A stretch of DNA of 64,000 nucleotides from an uncultured Candidatus Saccharibacteria bacterium (GTDB lineage Bacteria > Patescibacteriota > Saccharimonadia > Saccharimonadales > CAZWFS01), in contig CAZWFS010000004.1 of NCBI GenBank assembly GCA_964633325.1, forward strand, positions 19,423-83,422. Direction: 5' to 3'. This document shows positions 1 through 9,338 of the stretch, one piece after another. The position numbers and the translations under genes are program-made. Under the pieces are notes generated by a model, which saw only the letters and a program-made list of their open reading frames with translations, did no database searches and had not been told where the DNA came from. Within the stretch, counting starts at the first letter, position 1. Every line of letters starts with the position of its first letter.

Positions 1-408
1 TGCCACTTCTTTCTGCACCAATAGCGCCATCTGCGCCGGCGGATTCGGGGATTGACTTAAAACACGCAACAAATTGCTTGTCAGGTAATATGGGATGTTA
101 GCCACAACTTTGTAATTGGCGGGTAGGCTTGTCAGATCAAAAGTCAGGATATCCCCTTCTGTCAGATAAAATTTGCTATCACGAAATTTACCAACTAAAT
201 CTTTGAGCAGCCGCTCGTCTTTTTCTATGGCGAAAACATCCGCACCTCTTTCAAGCAGTTGCTCCGTAAGACTACCTGTTCCCGATCCGATTTCAAGTAC
301 CGTATCACCTCTACCCACTCCTCCAGCATCGCACATGGCTTCAAGCACCCAAAGGTCATGCAGCCAATGCTGTCCTAACGATTTCTTAGGTGTAATATTC
401 ATTGTCAT
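1..408 (-). CDS. rsmA: 16S rRNA (adenine-N6,N6)-dimethyltransferase RsmA/KsgA, N-terminal ~136 codons; 3' end runs off the window
   Basis: Not in the ORF track because there is no stop in the window. My own minus-strand translation from the ATG at 408 gives MTMNITPKKSLGQHWLHD...VLEIGSGTGSLTEQLLERGADVFAIEKDERL...VANIPYYLTS. This shows the KsgA N-terminal motif, a GxGxG SAM site and the NIPY motif. The gene lies directly downstream of the rpfB-like gene. Confidence 0.85.
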   Translation of the reverse strand, partial: MTMNITPKKSLGQHWLHDLWVLEAMCDAGGVGRGDTVLEIGSGTGSLTEQLLERGADVFAIEKDERLLKDLVGKFRDSKFYLTEGDILTFDLTSLPANYKVVANIPYYLTSNLLRVLSQSPNPPAQMALLVQKEVA

Positions 409-476
409 TTAATAGCTAGCATACGGCGCCTAATCCTTTTTTGAAAAGACTCTCTCAACCTATACGAACTTTATAA

Positions 477-1676
477 TTAGCGATATACGTCTTGCAAGCC
501 CATCTTAATCTTACAAGACGGCCATGGTTGCCATCCTCGTCTTTGATAGGTTTCCCAAGCTTTTTGATCCTGCACCATGGGAGGAGCTGCAGCTGCATTG
601 GGATAACCTCCAAAGTTACCCCAAGTTTGCACATCAAACTGATATGCGCCGTAGTAACCATTTCCTGTATTACTAGTATAACTACCCTCGCAGCTCCTAA
701 GACGAGCCAATGCCGCCTCGAAGCTACCACTGAAACCGGGGGCTTTTTTAGTACCAACCACTATCACTTTTTTCTTAGGCGGCTGCGCGATCACACTCTG
801 GATCTCACGCCGACTAGCTTCTTTGCCGTTTTGTAGCTCTACCTCGAATGTAACAATTTTTTTACCCGGGGCGCCAGGGTCCTTGACCACAATCTTAGCA
901 AGATCCGCACCGGGATCTTCTTGCCTCTCCACCGGTGGCTCGATTACCTGTTCGCTGTTGATAATCTGTTTGCCAAATCGGATAACGAAAATCTGGGTCT
1001 GTTTGTCAATTTTGGTATCCGGCTTAGGGGACACTGTGTCCCCTTCAAGAGTCTTTATACCTTTTTCTGCTAGGACATCACCAACTGTTTCTGCGTGGCT
1101 GCGCAATACTACAGGACTGCCGTACAAGTTAAGATTGACTGGGGTAGCTCTGTCAATGACGATTTTTTGCCCTATAATGCCATCACGTAAAAATTCCGTG
1201 CTAATGTCAACATCCATCTTATCCTCCGGATAAACGTCCAAGCCAGCTTTTCTAACTGCTTCTTGTGGCTTATCTTCCGCTACTAGAGCTGTAATTTTCT
1301 TTCCTTCATCTATTATCGTTACAGGTTTGGCGTGTGTCACCTTGACGTTTACGTTATCCTCAAGGATTTCAGTACCCAGGGATGGTTCGATCTTATCCTG
1401 TTCCCGTACCTCTATATTCAACCGCTCAAGAAGATCCCCGACAGTAGCAGCCCTAGTAGGGATTGTTTGGATAGAGCCGTCCACCGACAGGTGCACTACG
1501 CGCGAATCGCTGGCACCGATAGTCTGTGCGCCCATATTCACGAATCCGATAGCGGCAATGCTAAATAGCAGCAAAAAACCAGCTACTGGCAGTACGTAAG
1601 GGTGGTTTGCCCTTGCGCGCATGAGCCTTCGCCGTAAAATCCTATAACGCTTATGGCCGATTTGTTGATATTTCAT
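477..1676 (-). CDS. RpfB-like resuscitation-promoting factor (N-terminal TM, DUF348-like repeats, G5 domain, C-terminal Rpf transglycosylase-like domain)
   Basis: 399-aa ORF. TM segment PVAGFLLLFSIAAIGFV. G5-like segment ending VIVVGTKK. C-terminus CEGSYTSNTGNGYYGAYQFDVQTWGNFGG...WQPWPSC matches the Rpf-domain signature. Confidence 0.8.
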   Translation of the reverse strand: MKYQQIGHKRYRILRRRLMRARANHPYVLPVAGFLLLFSIAAIGFVNMGAQTIGASDSRVVHLSVDGSIQTIPTRAATVGDLLERLNIEVREQDKIEPSLGTEILEDNVNVKVTHAKPVTIIDEGKKITALVAEDKPQEAVRKAGLDVYPEDKMDVDISTEFLRDGIIGQKIVIDRATPVNLNLYGSPVVLRSHAETVGDVLAEKGIKTLEGDTVSPKPDTKIDKQTQIFVIRFGKQIINSEQVIEPPVERQEDPGADLAKIVVKDPGAPGKKIVTFEVELQNGKEASRREIQSVIAQPPKKKVIVVGTKKAPGFSGSFEAALARLRSCEGSYTSNTGNGYYGAYQFDVQTWGNFGGYPNAAAAPPMVQDQKAWETYQRRGWQPWPSCKIKMGLQDVYR

Positions 1677-1762
1677 GTGGGGTTGGTTTATTATTTAGGG
1701 TTGCAATAAATCTTTATCAAAAACGGATCTTTATGAGCACTTCCTAAACAGACCAAATTGTA

Positions 1763-2251
1763 TTATAGCAAATTCTCAAGGGGTGAGTACCATTTTTTTA
1801 TTGCTTCCACTACATCCGGACCGGCGTTTCGCGATGATAGCCGATCCTTTTTGACCCAAGCAGCATCGAGCAGTTCAAATATTTGGGGCTTTAGAACTAA
1901 CATTTCCGAAAGCTCCACCACAAAACATTGGTAACCAAACCTCAGTCCATTTTGCTGATATATATCTGTTAGAAGCGGCTTTAATCCTGCCGGATTTATT
2001 GCTAAGCCGGTCTCTTCCTGGAGTTCACGCATAACTCCTTCCGCTGAGTTCTCGTGGCGGTGCAATCCGCCGCCCGGCAAAGCCCACTTACCGGTACCCA
2101 ACCAGCCTTTTACCACCACCATGTAGTCACCGCATACTACCAGCACCCTAGTACGCTTACTTAGCCGCAAGTATACATGTAAGAGGGGCCAGCTTGCCCA
2201 AAAAACCAGTATGCCCGTTCTTTCCCAAATTTTTCCAAAATTATTGTGCAT
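1763..2251 (-). CDS. NUDIX hydrolase
   Basis: 162 aa with Nudix box GGGLHRHENSAEGVMRELQEETGL. Confidence 0.8.
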   Translation of the reverse strand: MHNNFGKIWERTGILVFWASWPLLHVYLRLSKRTRVLVVCGDYMVVVKGWLGTGKWALPGGGLHRHENSAEGVMRELQEETGLAINPAGLKPLLTDIYQQNGLRFGYQCFVVELSEMLVLKPQIFELLDAAWVKKDRLSSRNAGPDVVEAIKKWYSPLENLL

Positions 2252-2252
2252 C

Positions 2253-4388
2253 TTATAGTTTTTCCAGCGGAGCGAATGCGATGTTTAGCTTCTTGGCACC
2301 TTTGCCCCTGAAATAAATCACGGCCGTGTCGCCATCCACTTCCATCACCGTGCCTGAGCCGAACACCTGATGCCTTACCCCATCTCCTTCCGCCAGCTCC
2401 GGAATATAACTAGGCTCTTGGTTATGCTCATCGGATGGCCTAGGATAACTGCCGCCATCGTATGCTAGCTCCTGTGTATCTCCCTCAATTTCAGATAGGA
2501 AACGGCTGGGAGGATTATACTGCAAGCCTCCATACAGTAGACGGCTGGTTGCGTGGACCATATAGAGCTCTTCCCGGGCGCGGGTCATACCGACGTAGCA
2601 CAATCGCCTTTCTTCTTCCATCTCATGCTGGTCATACAGGGCGCGGGAATGTGGAAAGATCGTTTCTTCCATGCCAGTCATAAATACTACCGGGAACTCT
2701 AAGCCTTTAGCGGCATGCAACGTCATCAGAGTTACCGCATTATTTCCAAAATTAGCGGTGTCAATATCGCTAACAAGCGCCACCTCCTCCAAAAACCCTT
2801 CCATGCCTAGTTCGTCATTAGCTTTCGCAACACTTATTAGTTCACGAACGTTATCTTGGCGTGATTCGCCTTGCAGGGTACCATCGTCCAGATAGTTATA
2901 GTAATCCAGCCTTCTGATGAGAGAATCGATGACGCCGGAGACAGTGGCTCCATCCATTACTTCCTTTAGTGACGTAATGGTGTCGCCTAGCTCGCTTAAC
3001 GCTTTGCGGGCCTTAGGTGTCAAAGCGCCGCATGTCGCAGCCTGGTTGAGAGCATCCAGCAGCGACCTTTCCGTAATCGCCCGCCAAGCCATGAAAGTTT
3101 CAACTGATTTCGTGCCTATTCCGCGCGTGGGGACATTCACAATCCGACTGAAACTTACCAGGTCATCCGGTTGATACATAAAACGTAAGTAGGCCATTAT
3201 GTCTTTTATTTCCTTGCGGTCATAGAACCGCACGCCGCCGACTATCCGGTAGGGTACGCCGTATCGCACTAAGGTCTCTTCTAAGGAGCGGCTTTGGGCG
3301 TTCGTCCTGTACAGCACAGCGAAATGATTATGACGCCTCAGGCCCCCGTCCACGGCGCTCTGGACGCGACGCACGATAACTTCGGCCTCCGCTCGCTCGT
3401 TCTGAACTTGCAACAATTGTACGGGCAATCCCATGCCAGCTGCTGTCCATAGCTCTTTGTCGGAACGCTGCAGATTCTTGGTTATGACGGCATGCGCAGC
3501 GTCCAGGATGTGTTTGGTGCTACGATAATTCTGCTCTAGCTTGATAATCGTGCAGTTAGGATAGTCCCGTTCAAAATTAAGGATATTTCGGAAATCCGCT
3601 CCCCTCCAGCTATAGATGCTTTGCCAGTCATCCCCGACTACGGCGATGTTCTTGTCCTGGTTGGTCAGTAATTTGACCAGGTTATATTGGGCGGTATTGG
3701 TGTCCTGGTATTCGTCGATCATCACGTACCTGAACAAGGTAAGCCACTTCTTCCTGATTGGCGCTTGGGTCTGCAGCATCTTTACGGTGCGAGCGATCAG
3801 GTCGTCGAAGTCTAAGGCTCCGGCTTCCTTGAGCGTCTTTTCGTAAATCGGAAAAACCTTGGCGGCAGCAGATTGGGCAGGACTGCTCGACAGATTCGTA
3901 TACTCCGCCGGACCGATCAGTTCGTTCTTGGCACCGCTGATAAGGTTGCTGAGGAGCGATGGCGGGAAGCTTTTTTCGTCTATACCCTGCTGTTTGCTGG
4001 CATGCTTCATAGCCGTCTGGCGATCTGATTCATCGAATATTACGAAGTTACGAGGTATGCCTACATGCTCGCCGTCTTGCCGCAGAATCCTTACGCAGAC
4101 TGAGTGGAATGTGCCCATGTATGGCATGAAGCTGCGGTTATCCGGATTCTCGCCAAGCAGCTTGGCGACCCGCTCACGCATCTCCCTGGCAGCTTTGTTC
4201 GTGAACGTAACCGCCAGGATGTTATACGGCGTAGCCTTCTTAGTAGCTATCAAGTAAGCGATCCTATGCGTCAGTGTCTTAGTCTTGCCGCTCCCCGCCC
4301 CAGCCAGAATAAGCAAAGGCCCTTCCACCGTCTCCACCGCCCGTTTTTGCTCCGGATTCAACCCAACGATTAAGTCATCTAGCATCAA
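2253..4388 (-). CDS. pcrA: ATP-dependent DNA helicase PcrA/UvrD family
   Basis: 711 aa. Walker A AGAGSGKTKTLTHR, DEYQDT (motif II), QNYRST, and typical SF1 helicase motifs through the C-terminus. Confidence 0.9.
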   Translation of the reverse strand: MMLDDLIVGLNPEQKRAVETVEGPLLILAGAGSGKTKTLTHRIAYLIATKKATPYNILAVTFTNKAAREMRERVAKLLGENPDNRSFMPYMGTFHSVCVRILRQDGEHVGIPRNFVIFDESDRQTAMKHASKQQGIDEKSFPPSLLSNLISGAKNELIGPAEYTNLSSSPAQSAAAKVFPIYEKTLKEAGALDFDDLIARTVKMLQTQAPIRKKWLTLFRYVMIDEYQDTNTAQYNLVKLLTNQDKNIAVVGDDWQSIYSWRGADFRNILNFERDYPNCTIIKLEQNYRSTKHILDAAHAVITKNLQRSDKELWTAAGMGLPVQLLQVQNERAEAEVIVRRVQSAVDGGLRRHNHFAVLYRTNAQSRSLEETLVRYGVPYRIVGGVRFYDRKEIKDIMAYLRFMYQPDDLVSFSRIVNVPTRGIGTKSVETFMAWRAITERSLLDALNQAATCGALTPKARKALSELGDTITSLKEVMDGATVSGVIDSLIRRLDYYNYLDDGTLQGESRQDNVRELISVAKANDELGMEGFLEEVALVSDIDTANFGNNAVTLMTLHAAKGLEFPVVFMTGMEETIFPHSRALYDQHEMEEERRLCYVGMTRAREELYMVHATSRLLYGGLQYNPPSRFLSEIEGDTQELAYDGGSYPRPSDEHNQEPSYIPELAEGDGVRHQVFGSGTVMEVDGDTAVIYFRGKGAKKLNIAFAPLEKL

Positions 4389-4440
4389 TCAATTGTAGCA
4401 AACACCTGTACATGAGCTCGGAAGATAGGACAGGGCTGAA

Positions 4441-5103
4441 TTAGTTTTTAATGAGATCTATAACGGGTTTGATCTCGGTTTTTATGAGGCCGGCGTCGAT
4501 GGCCAAGTCCGCGGCGACAAGTCCTATCAGGAAAATGACAAGCATTACGAACAGGATCCGCTCCAAGGCATGGATATGTTTGGCTTCGTCTATTGGTAAG
4601 AAATATTTTTTATTTTCTATAAGTTTTTCCAGGGCTTCTCGCTTTGAGGCTTCTTCCGGTGTTTCTTTGTGCTTTTTATTGAGGTTGGCTTGTTCTGCAA
4701 TGGCATCAACAGCAGCCGAGTCCGAGGCGCCAGATAATTCTGAAGTATCAGATTCTTCGGTTAATACTACTGAATCGCTGTCTGCTTCTAGCCCTTGCTT
4801 ATCACCCGACGGCGCTTCGGGTTCCTTATCCGTATCATTATGTGACGGCGGTGTGATAGTAACTCGATCTACTGATGATAACGTGGCAGTACTGGCGGCC
4901 GTCGATTCCGGGCTTTTATCTTCTTCATCCTCGTGTCCGCCGACAGCTATGGAAGTGGTTTTGATTTTTGGAGCGCTGGAAGTTTTAGCAAACATGGGAT
5001 CTTGTACTTCCGGGGAATGATTGACGATGATTGGGCGGCTAGTGGGAGCTGGCTGGCTTTTACCTGGCTTAGCTACATCAAAGACTTTTTTACTAGCTGC
5101 CAT
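4441..5103 (-). CDS. hypothetical acidic protein with a single C-terminal TM segment
   Basis: 220-aa ORF with a low-complexity S/T/E/D-rich N-terminal part and a C-terminal hydrophobic helix FVMLVIFLIGLVAADLAI. No recognisable domain. Confidence 0.5.
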   Translation of the reverse strand: MAASKKVFDVAKPGKSQPAPTSRPIIVNHSPEVQDPMFAKTSSAPKIKTTSIAVGGHEDEEDKSPESTAASTATLSSVDRVTITPPSHNDTDKEPEAPSGDKQGLEADSDSVVLTEESDTSELSGASDSAAVDAIAEQANLNKKHKETPEEASKREALEKLIENKKYFLPIDEAKHIHALERILFVMLVIFLIGLVAADLAIDAGLIKTEIKPVIDLIKN

Positions 5104-5169
5104 TTAAGCTCCTCGCGCCAGGGAACACCGTGAAGCCTAGAATTGTGGTTTCTTTCACAAGTATCGCCA

Positions 5170-5970
5170 CTAGTCTTCGGCTCCAGCTTTGTGCGCTAGA
5201 CGATAGGCGGCATCGATCATGCCGGAAAACTCATGATAATTAAGACTGGCGCCCCCTGCGAGCAAACCATTAATGCCCGGAACACTTAGATACGCATGAG
5301 TATTTTCAGCGTTGCTACTTCCACCGTACAATATTCGTACTCTGTCGGCGGCTTTTTTACCATAAAGTTCAGCAATATTATTTCGGATGTTTTTGACTAC
5401 TTTCTCGACTTGGTCCGGCTTGGCGATCTCGTGGTGAACATAGTTGCTGCCGCTACTTATAGCCCAGACGGGTTCATAAGCGACAACCATTTCCTCTACC
5501 TCTTCGGCCGTAAGGTTACTCAAAGCAGTCACTATCTGGTCGTGAATGACTTGGCCGGTCATCCCCTCTAGTTTTTCATGTTTAGTCTCGCCAACACAGA
5601 GTATAGGTGTGATGCCGTTGCGCATGCAGGCTGCCACTTTATCCCGCACCATATCTAAATTTTCACCGAAGACGTGTCGCCGCTCTGAATGCCCAATGAT
5701 TACATAATGCACTAAATCTCTGAGCATGGTGAATGAAATCTCGCCAGTATATGCCCCTTCGTCTTGGTGATAGGCGTTTTGGGCGGCAAGCCTGAATTTG
5801 CGCCGGTCGATCTGCATAGAAACAGGCTGCATTAGCAGGCTGCTGGGCGCCAGTACGATTTCTATATCTCGGTGTATCCTAATCCGCTCATGCAAGCGAT
5901 GCACCAAAAGACTACCCTGACTAGCGTTTAGGTGCATTTTCCAATTTCCGACGATTAATATTTTAGCCAT
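5170..5970 (-). CDS. tpiA: triosephosphate isomerase
   Basis: 266 aa with VGNWKMHLN, IGHSERR and AYEPVWAI motifs. Confidence 0.9.
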   Translation of the reverse strand: MAKILIVGNWKMHLNASQGSLLVHRLHERIRIHRDIEIVLAPSSLLMQPVSMQIDRRKFRLAAQNAYHQDEGAYTGEISFTMLRDLVHYVIIGHSERRHVFGENLDMVRDKVAACMRNGITPILCVGETKHEKLEGMTGQVIHDQIVTALSNLTAEEVEEMVVAYEPVWAISSGSNYVHHEIAKPDQVEKVVKNIRNNIAELYGKKAADRVRILYGGSSNAENTHAYLSVPGINGLLAGGASLNYHEFSGMIDAAYRLAHKAGAED

Positions 5971-6063
5971 GGCCCACTTATATACTTCTTATGCTCCAGT
6001 TTAGCACAATTCTGTTATCCATTTACCCTGCATTATCCGTAATCTATTCATAGCAATTGGTGG

Positions 6064-7353
6064 TCAAATATCCTTGTTTTGGAGGGCTTCTACTCCGGGT
6101 AACTTTTTCCCGCTCATTAGTTCTAAACTGGCGCCGCCGCCAGTTGATACGTGGTTGAACAGCTTGGTCATCTTACGCTCCTCTATGTACCCAACCGTAT
6201 CGCCGCCCCCGACTACACTAAAAGGCCGATGCCCAAATTGGCCCAGCATAGAATCAACCATCAGTTCAGTACCGTGAGCGAATGGACCTATGGGACCGTT
6301 TAGGCTATCTGTCTCTGTAACACCCATAGCCCCATTCCATACTACTGTGTTAGCTAGTTGCATCCCGCCAGAAATGAAAGCACCGGAAAACGGGCCTATA
6401 TCCAGTATCATCTCGTCTTCGGTGATGCGGGTCGCTCGACGTGGAGGTTTCTTGGGATAATTTTCGACGTCTGCTATGTGATGCGCATCCCAGTCGACTA
6501 TCCGTGTAGCAGCAGATTTGTCGATCTTATGGGCTACAATACCGTCCTGAGGCAAATAAAATATGAAGTGCTTATTTTTAGCTCTTACATGGGCCTTTTC
6601 TATAATCTCCTTGGCCAGTGGAACGTCATCCGGATCGGTAAGGCTCTTGCCTGTCTCTATACCTCTAGCAAGCAAAAATGTATTAGCCATGGCACCTCCG
6701 ACCGCTACAAAATCAGCAATATCGATGAAGCGTCGCAAGATCTCTATTTTATCGGATATCTTTGCACCACCAATAATAGTCATAAGGGGTCGATGGGGAT
6801 TTTCCATAACTTCAGTTATTACATCTACCTCTTTTTCTAACAATAGTCCTGCAACACTAGGCAGGTGTCGTGTAATTGCTTCTGTGGAGGCATGTGCCCT
6901 ATGTACTACCCCAAAACCATCTTGAACGAAAACCTCCGCAAGCTTAGCCAAACTCCGACCAAAATGATCGTCGTTTTTTTCTTCTTCCGGATGATAACGC
7001 AAGTTTTCAAGCAACAACAGCTTGCCGCCATCCAAACTGGCCGCAGCTGATTCTGCTTCAGCCCCTATACAATCTTTTACCCAAGCCACATCTAGGCCTA
7101 ATAATTTTTCCAGTCGCTTAGCAACCGGCGACAAGCTGCATTTTTTATCAAATGGCCCCTCCGGCCTTCCTAAATGCGCACAAATTATCACGCTGCATTT
7201 TTGTTCAAGTAAGTAGCGGATCGTAGGCACGGACTGTTCAATACGATAATTATCCGTGATAACTCCGTCCTCAACCGGGACATTATAATCCGCTCTAAGC
7301 AATACTCGTTTGCCCCGCAAGTCTATGTCTCTTACTGTCTTTTTCTTAAACAT
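6064..7353 (-). CDS. pgk: phosphoglycerate kinase
   Basis: 429 aa with RADYNVP, CAHLGRP and VVGGGDTV motifs. Confidence 0.9.
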   Translation of the reverse strand: MFKKKTVRDIDLRGKRVLLRADYNVPVEDGVITDNYRIEQSVPTIRYLLEQKCSVIICAHLGRPEGPFDKKCSLSPVAKRLEKLLGLDVAWVKDCIGAEAESAAASLDGGKLLLLENLRYHPEEEKNDDHFGRSLAKLAEVFVQDGFGVVHRAHASTEAITRHLPSVAGLLLEKEVDVITEVMENPHRPLMTIIGGAKISDKIEILRRFIDIADFVAVGGAMANTFLLARGIETGKSLTDPDDVPLAKEIIEKAHVRAKNKHFIFYLPQDGIVAHKIDKSAATRIVDWDAHHIADVENYPKKPPRRATRITEDEMILDIGPFSGAFISGGMQLANTVVWNGAMGVTETDSLNGPIGPFAHGTELMVDSMLGQFGHRPFSVVGGGDTVGYIEERKMTKLFNHVSTGGGASLELMSGKKLPGVEALQNKDI

Positions 7354-7369
7354 ACCCCACCCCTCTAAT

Positions 7370-8803
7370 TTAACCCAGTACGCGCACCTTTATCGTATCG
7401 GTAGTGCCAACCACGCCCGGGTACTGTCCGCTGGCTGTGACGACTATATCCCACTTCTTTAATACCTTATGTTGGTATAACCAGTCGGTCAGTTTCATGG
7501 TGGCTAATCGCGCCTCTGGCCGTAGGTAACTTTTTGTTCCATATACTAAACAGAGTTGTTGGGCTGTCCTTAGCTCGCTAGTCACAGCGATTATCGGGAT
7601 GTCGGGGCGATGTGCGGCAATCTGCAGAGCGGTGGCGCCAGTCTTTGTGGCAGCTACAATTGCCTGGGCACGGACTTTTTTAGCCAAGGTGATAACAGAC
7701 CAGCTAATGGCACCCTGTAGGCTGTTGTCTTCTGCCGTATCAAATACTGCTCGAAGTGGGGAATTCGCCTGGGTATAATTTATAACTCGTTTCATTACCT
7801 TTACTGCCTCTATGGGATACTGGCCACTGGCAGTCTCATCGCTAAGCATGACGCAGTCGGCGCCGACTATGACCGCCGTGGCGATATCTGACACTTCGGC
7901 GCGGGTTGGTTCCGGAACCTCATTCATACTCGCCAGCATCTGTGTCGCAACAATAGTAGGGGTGGCGTGCCGTAACCCGAGCCCGATTATCTGACGCTGC
8001 ACTATTGGAACGGATTCGGCTAGTGTCTCGGTTGCTAAATCGCCGCGGGCAATCATAACCGCGTCGGCTTCTTGCACTATTTCCTCAATGTTTTCTACGG
8101 CTGCTTTAGTCTCTACCTTGGCGATAATTTTGGCTCTACTACCTAGGTTTTTAAGTAATACCCGTAGCCGATGGATATCATGCCCCGTCTGGACAAAGCT
8201 CTGTGCCACGTAATCTATGTCATGGGTCGATCCGAAAGCCATGTCCTCACGATCTTTGGTAGTTATTACGTCGCCGCCAAAATCAGTATCCGGCAGGTTG
8301 ATACCTTTACGCTTAATCAGTATGCCACTGTTTTCGGCCCGTACATGGACCACGCCGTCCTTGACGCTGGATATTACCGTGCGGATTTTGCCATCATACA
8401 GGTATAGCTGTTCACCGCGTTTGGCTTTTTTGCTTAAATCATACTGGGTAGGTATATGGCCGGAACGCTCATAATCAGCTTTGTATTTAAACGTCAGGCT
8501 TTGGCCTGTCTGTATAGTAATTATTCCTTCAAAATCTCCTACCCTAAGCTTAGGGCCTTGTAAGTCCTGGATGATGGCTACCGGTTTCCCGTTTGCTTTT
8601 GAAGCTTTACGTATCCATTTGATATGTTGCGCCGCACCCTCATGAGTCTCGTGGCTAAAGTTCAACCGCAATCCGTTCGCACCAGACTCTATCAGTCCCA
8701 GAATAGATTCATAAGAGTTTGTGGATGGGCCCACTGTAGCGATTATTTTAGTGCGCTTATATGCATTCAGTGGCACTTCTTTCACTTTGTTACTAGTAGT
8801 CAT
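7370..8803 (-). CDS. pyk: pyruvate kinase
   Basis: 477 aa with TKIIATVGPS, NFSHETHE, MIARGDL and MLSDETA motifs. It heads the pyk-pgk-tpiA block. Confidence 0.9.
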   Translation of the reverse strand: MTTSNKVKEVPLNAYKRTKIIATVGPSTNSYESILGLIESGANGLRLNFSHETHEGAAQHIKWIRKASKANGKPVAIIQDLQGPKLRVGDFEGIITIQTGQSLTFKYKADYERSGHIPTQYDLSKKAKRGEQLYLYDGKIRTVISSVKDGVVHVRAENSGILIKRKGINLPDTDFGGDVITTKDREDMAFGSTHDIDYVAQSFVQTGHDIHRLRVLLKNLGSRAKIIAKVETKAAVENIEEIVQEADAVMIARGDLATETLAESVPIVQRQIIGLGLRHATPTIVATQMLASMNEVPEPTRAEVSDIATAVIVGADCVMLSDETASGQYPIEAVKVMKRVINYTQANSPLRAVFDTAEDNSLQGAISWSVITLAKKVRAQAIVAATKTGATALQIAAHRPDIPIIAVTSELRTAQQLCLVYGTKSYLRPEARLATMKLTDWLYQHKVLKKWDIVVTASGQYPGVVGTTDTIKVRVLG

Positions 8804-8894
8804 GATTTACCTAATAAGTGTACTTGCTTATGCCTATAACGGACAAGAGCGGTTATGTAAGAATTTTGTCTAAAAATGGATAAGGGCGGCACCG

Positions 8895-9040
8895 TGGTGA
8901 CCTCACGGAGAATCCGTCGTCGCTTATGGCTCCTTTGGGATATTCTGCGGTCTTTCTCGGAGCGAGCTCCTGTGAGAGCCCTTGATTATCGAACTCCGAT
9001 TGCCACCGTCTTGCGGTTACGGCAATCGAAATCCGGTCCT
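8895..9040 (-). pseudogene. tRNA-Glu-derived partial copy (variable loop, T arm, 3' acceptor strand, CCA) split by a 73-nt insert; the 5' half is replaced by an unrelated GC-rich hairpin
   Basis: 8895-8914 plus 8991-9005 are identical to 9086-9120 of the intact tRNA-Glu. The insert 8915-8987 is flanked by an ATC direct repeat (8912-8914, 8988-8990). Upstream on the tRNA strand lies hairpin GATTGCC...GGCAATC (8998-9027). Confidence 0.6.
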
Positions 9041-9048
9041 CATGAGCA

Positions 9049-9085
9049 GTGAAAAAGAACCATCGCCAAGATGATTCTTTTTCAC
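9049..9085 (-). terminator. hairpin abutting the 3' end of tRNA-Glu (possible terminator or processing signal)
   Basis: GTGAAAAAGAA (9049-9059) pairs with TTCTTTTTCAC (9075-9085). The U-rich 3' arm reads on the tRNA strand immediately after CCA. Confidence 0.4.
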
Positions 9086-9160
9086 TGGTGACCTCACGGA
9101 GAATCGAACTCCGATTGCCAGGATGAAAACCTGGTGTCCTAACCGTTAGACGATGAGGCC
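9086..9160 (-). tRNA. tRNA-Glu(UUC), CCA encoded
   Basis: Manual cloverleaf: GGCCTCA/TGAGGTC acceptor, anticodon arm CCAGG-TTTTCAT-CCTGG, T arm CGGAG-TTCGATT-CTCCG. 75 nt. Confidence 0.9.
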
Positions 9161-9192
9161 TGGGATAGCCTGACTATCGTATCATAACAGGG

Positions 9193-9240
9193 GTAAAATA
9201 AGAAATCCTCCGCTTGCGGTACGGAGGATTTCATTTTTTA
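9193..9240. terminator. rho-independent-type hairpin downstream of the LPETG surface-protein gene
   Basis: GAAATCCTCCG (9202-9212) pairs with CGGAGGATTTC (9222-9232). T/A tracts lie on both sides. Confidence 0.5.
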
Positions 9241-9338
9241 TACTTTGGAATTTTTGTGTGATGAGCGGTCAGTCACTGCTCACTACCACCCATTATAGCC
9301 ACATGCCTATTAACTAGGCAAGTCTCTTATCCACAGCC

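Noticed and set aside
8895-9160. tRNA duplications as att sites of an integrated genomic island or prophage
   Set aside because: The intact and partial copies are only 25-80 nt apart with no element between them. There is no integrase, excisionase or phage gene in the window. Two of the three partial copies are 5' halves, which does not fit the usual 3'-end duplication.
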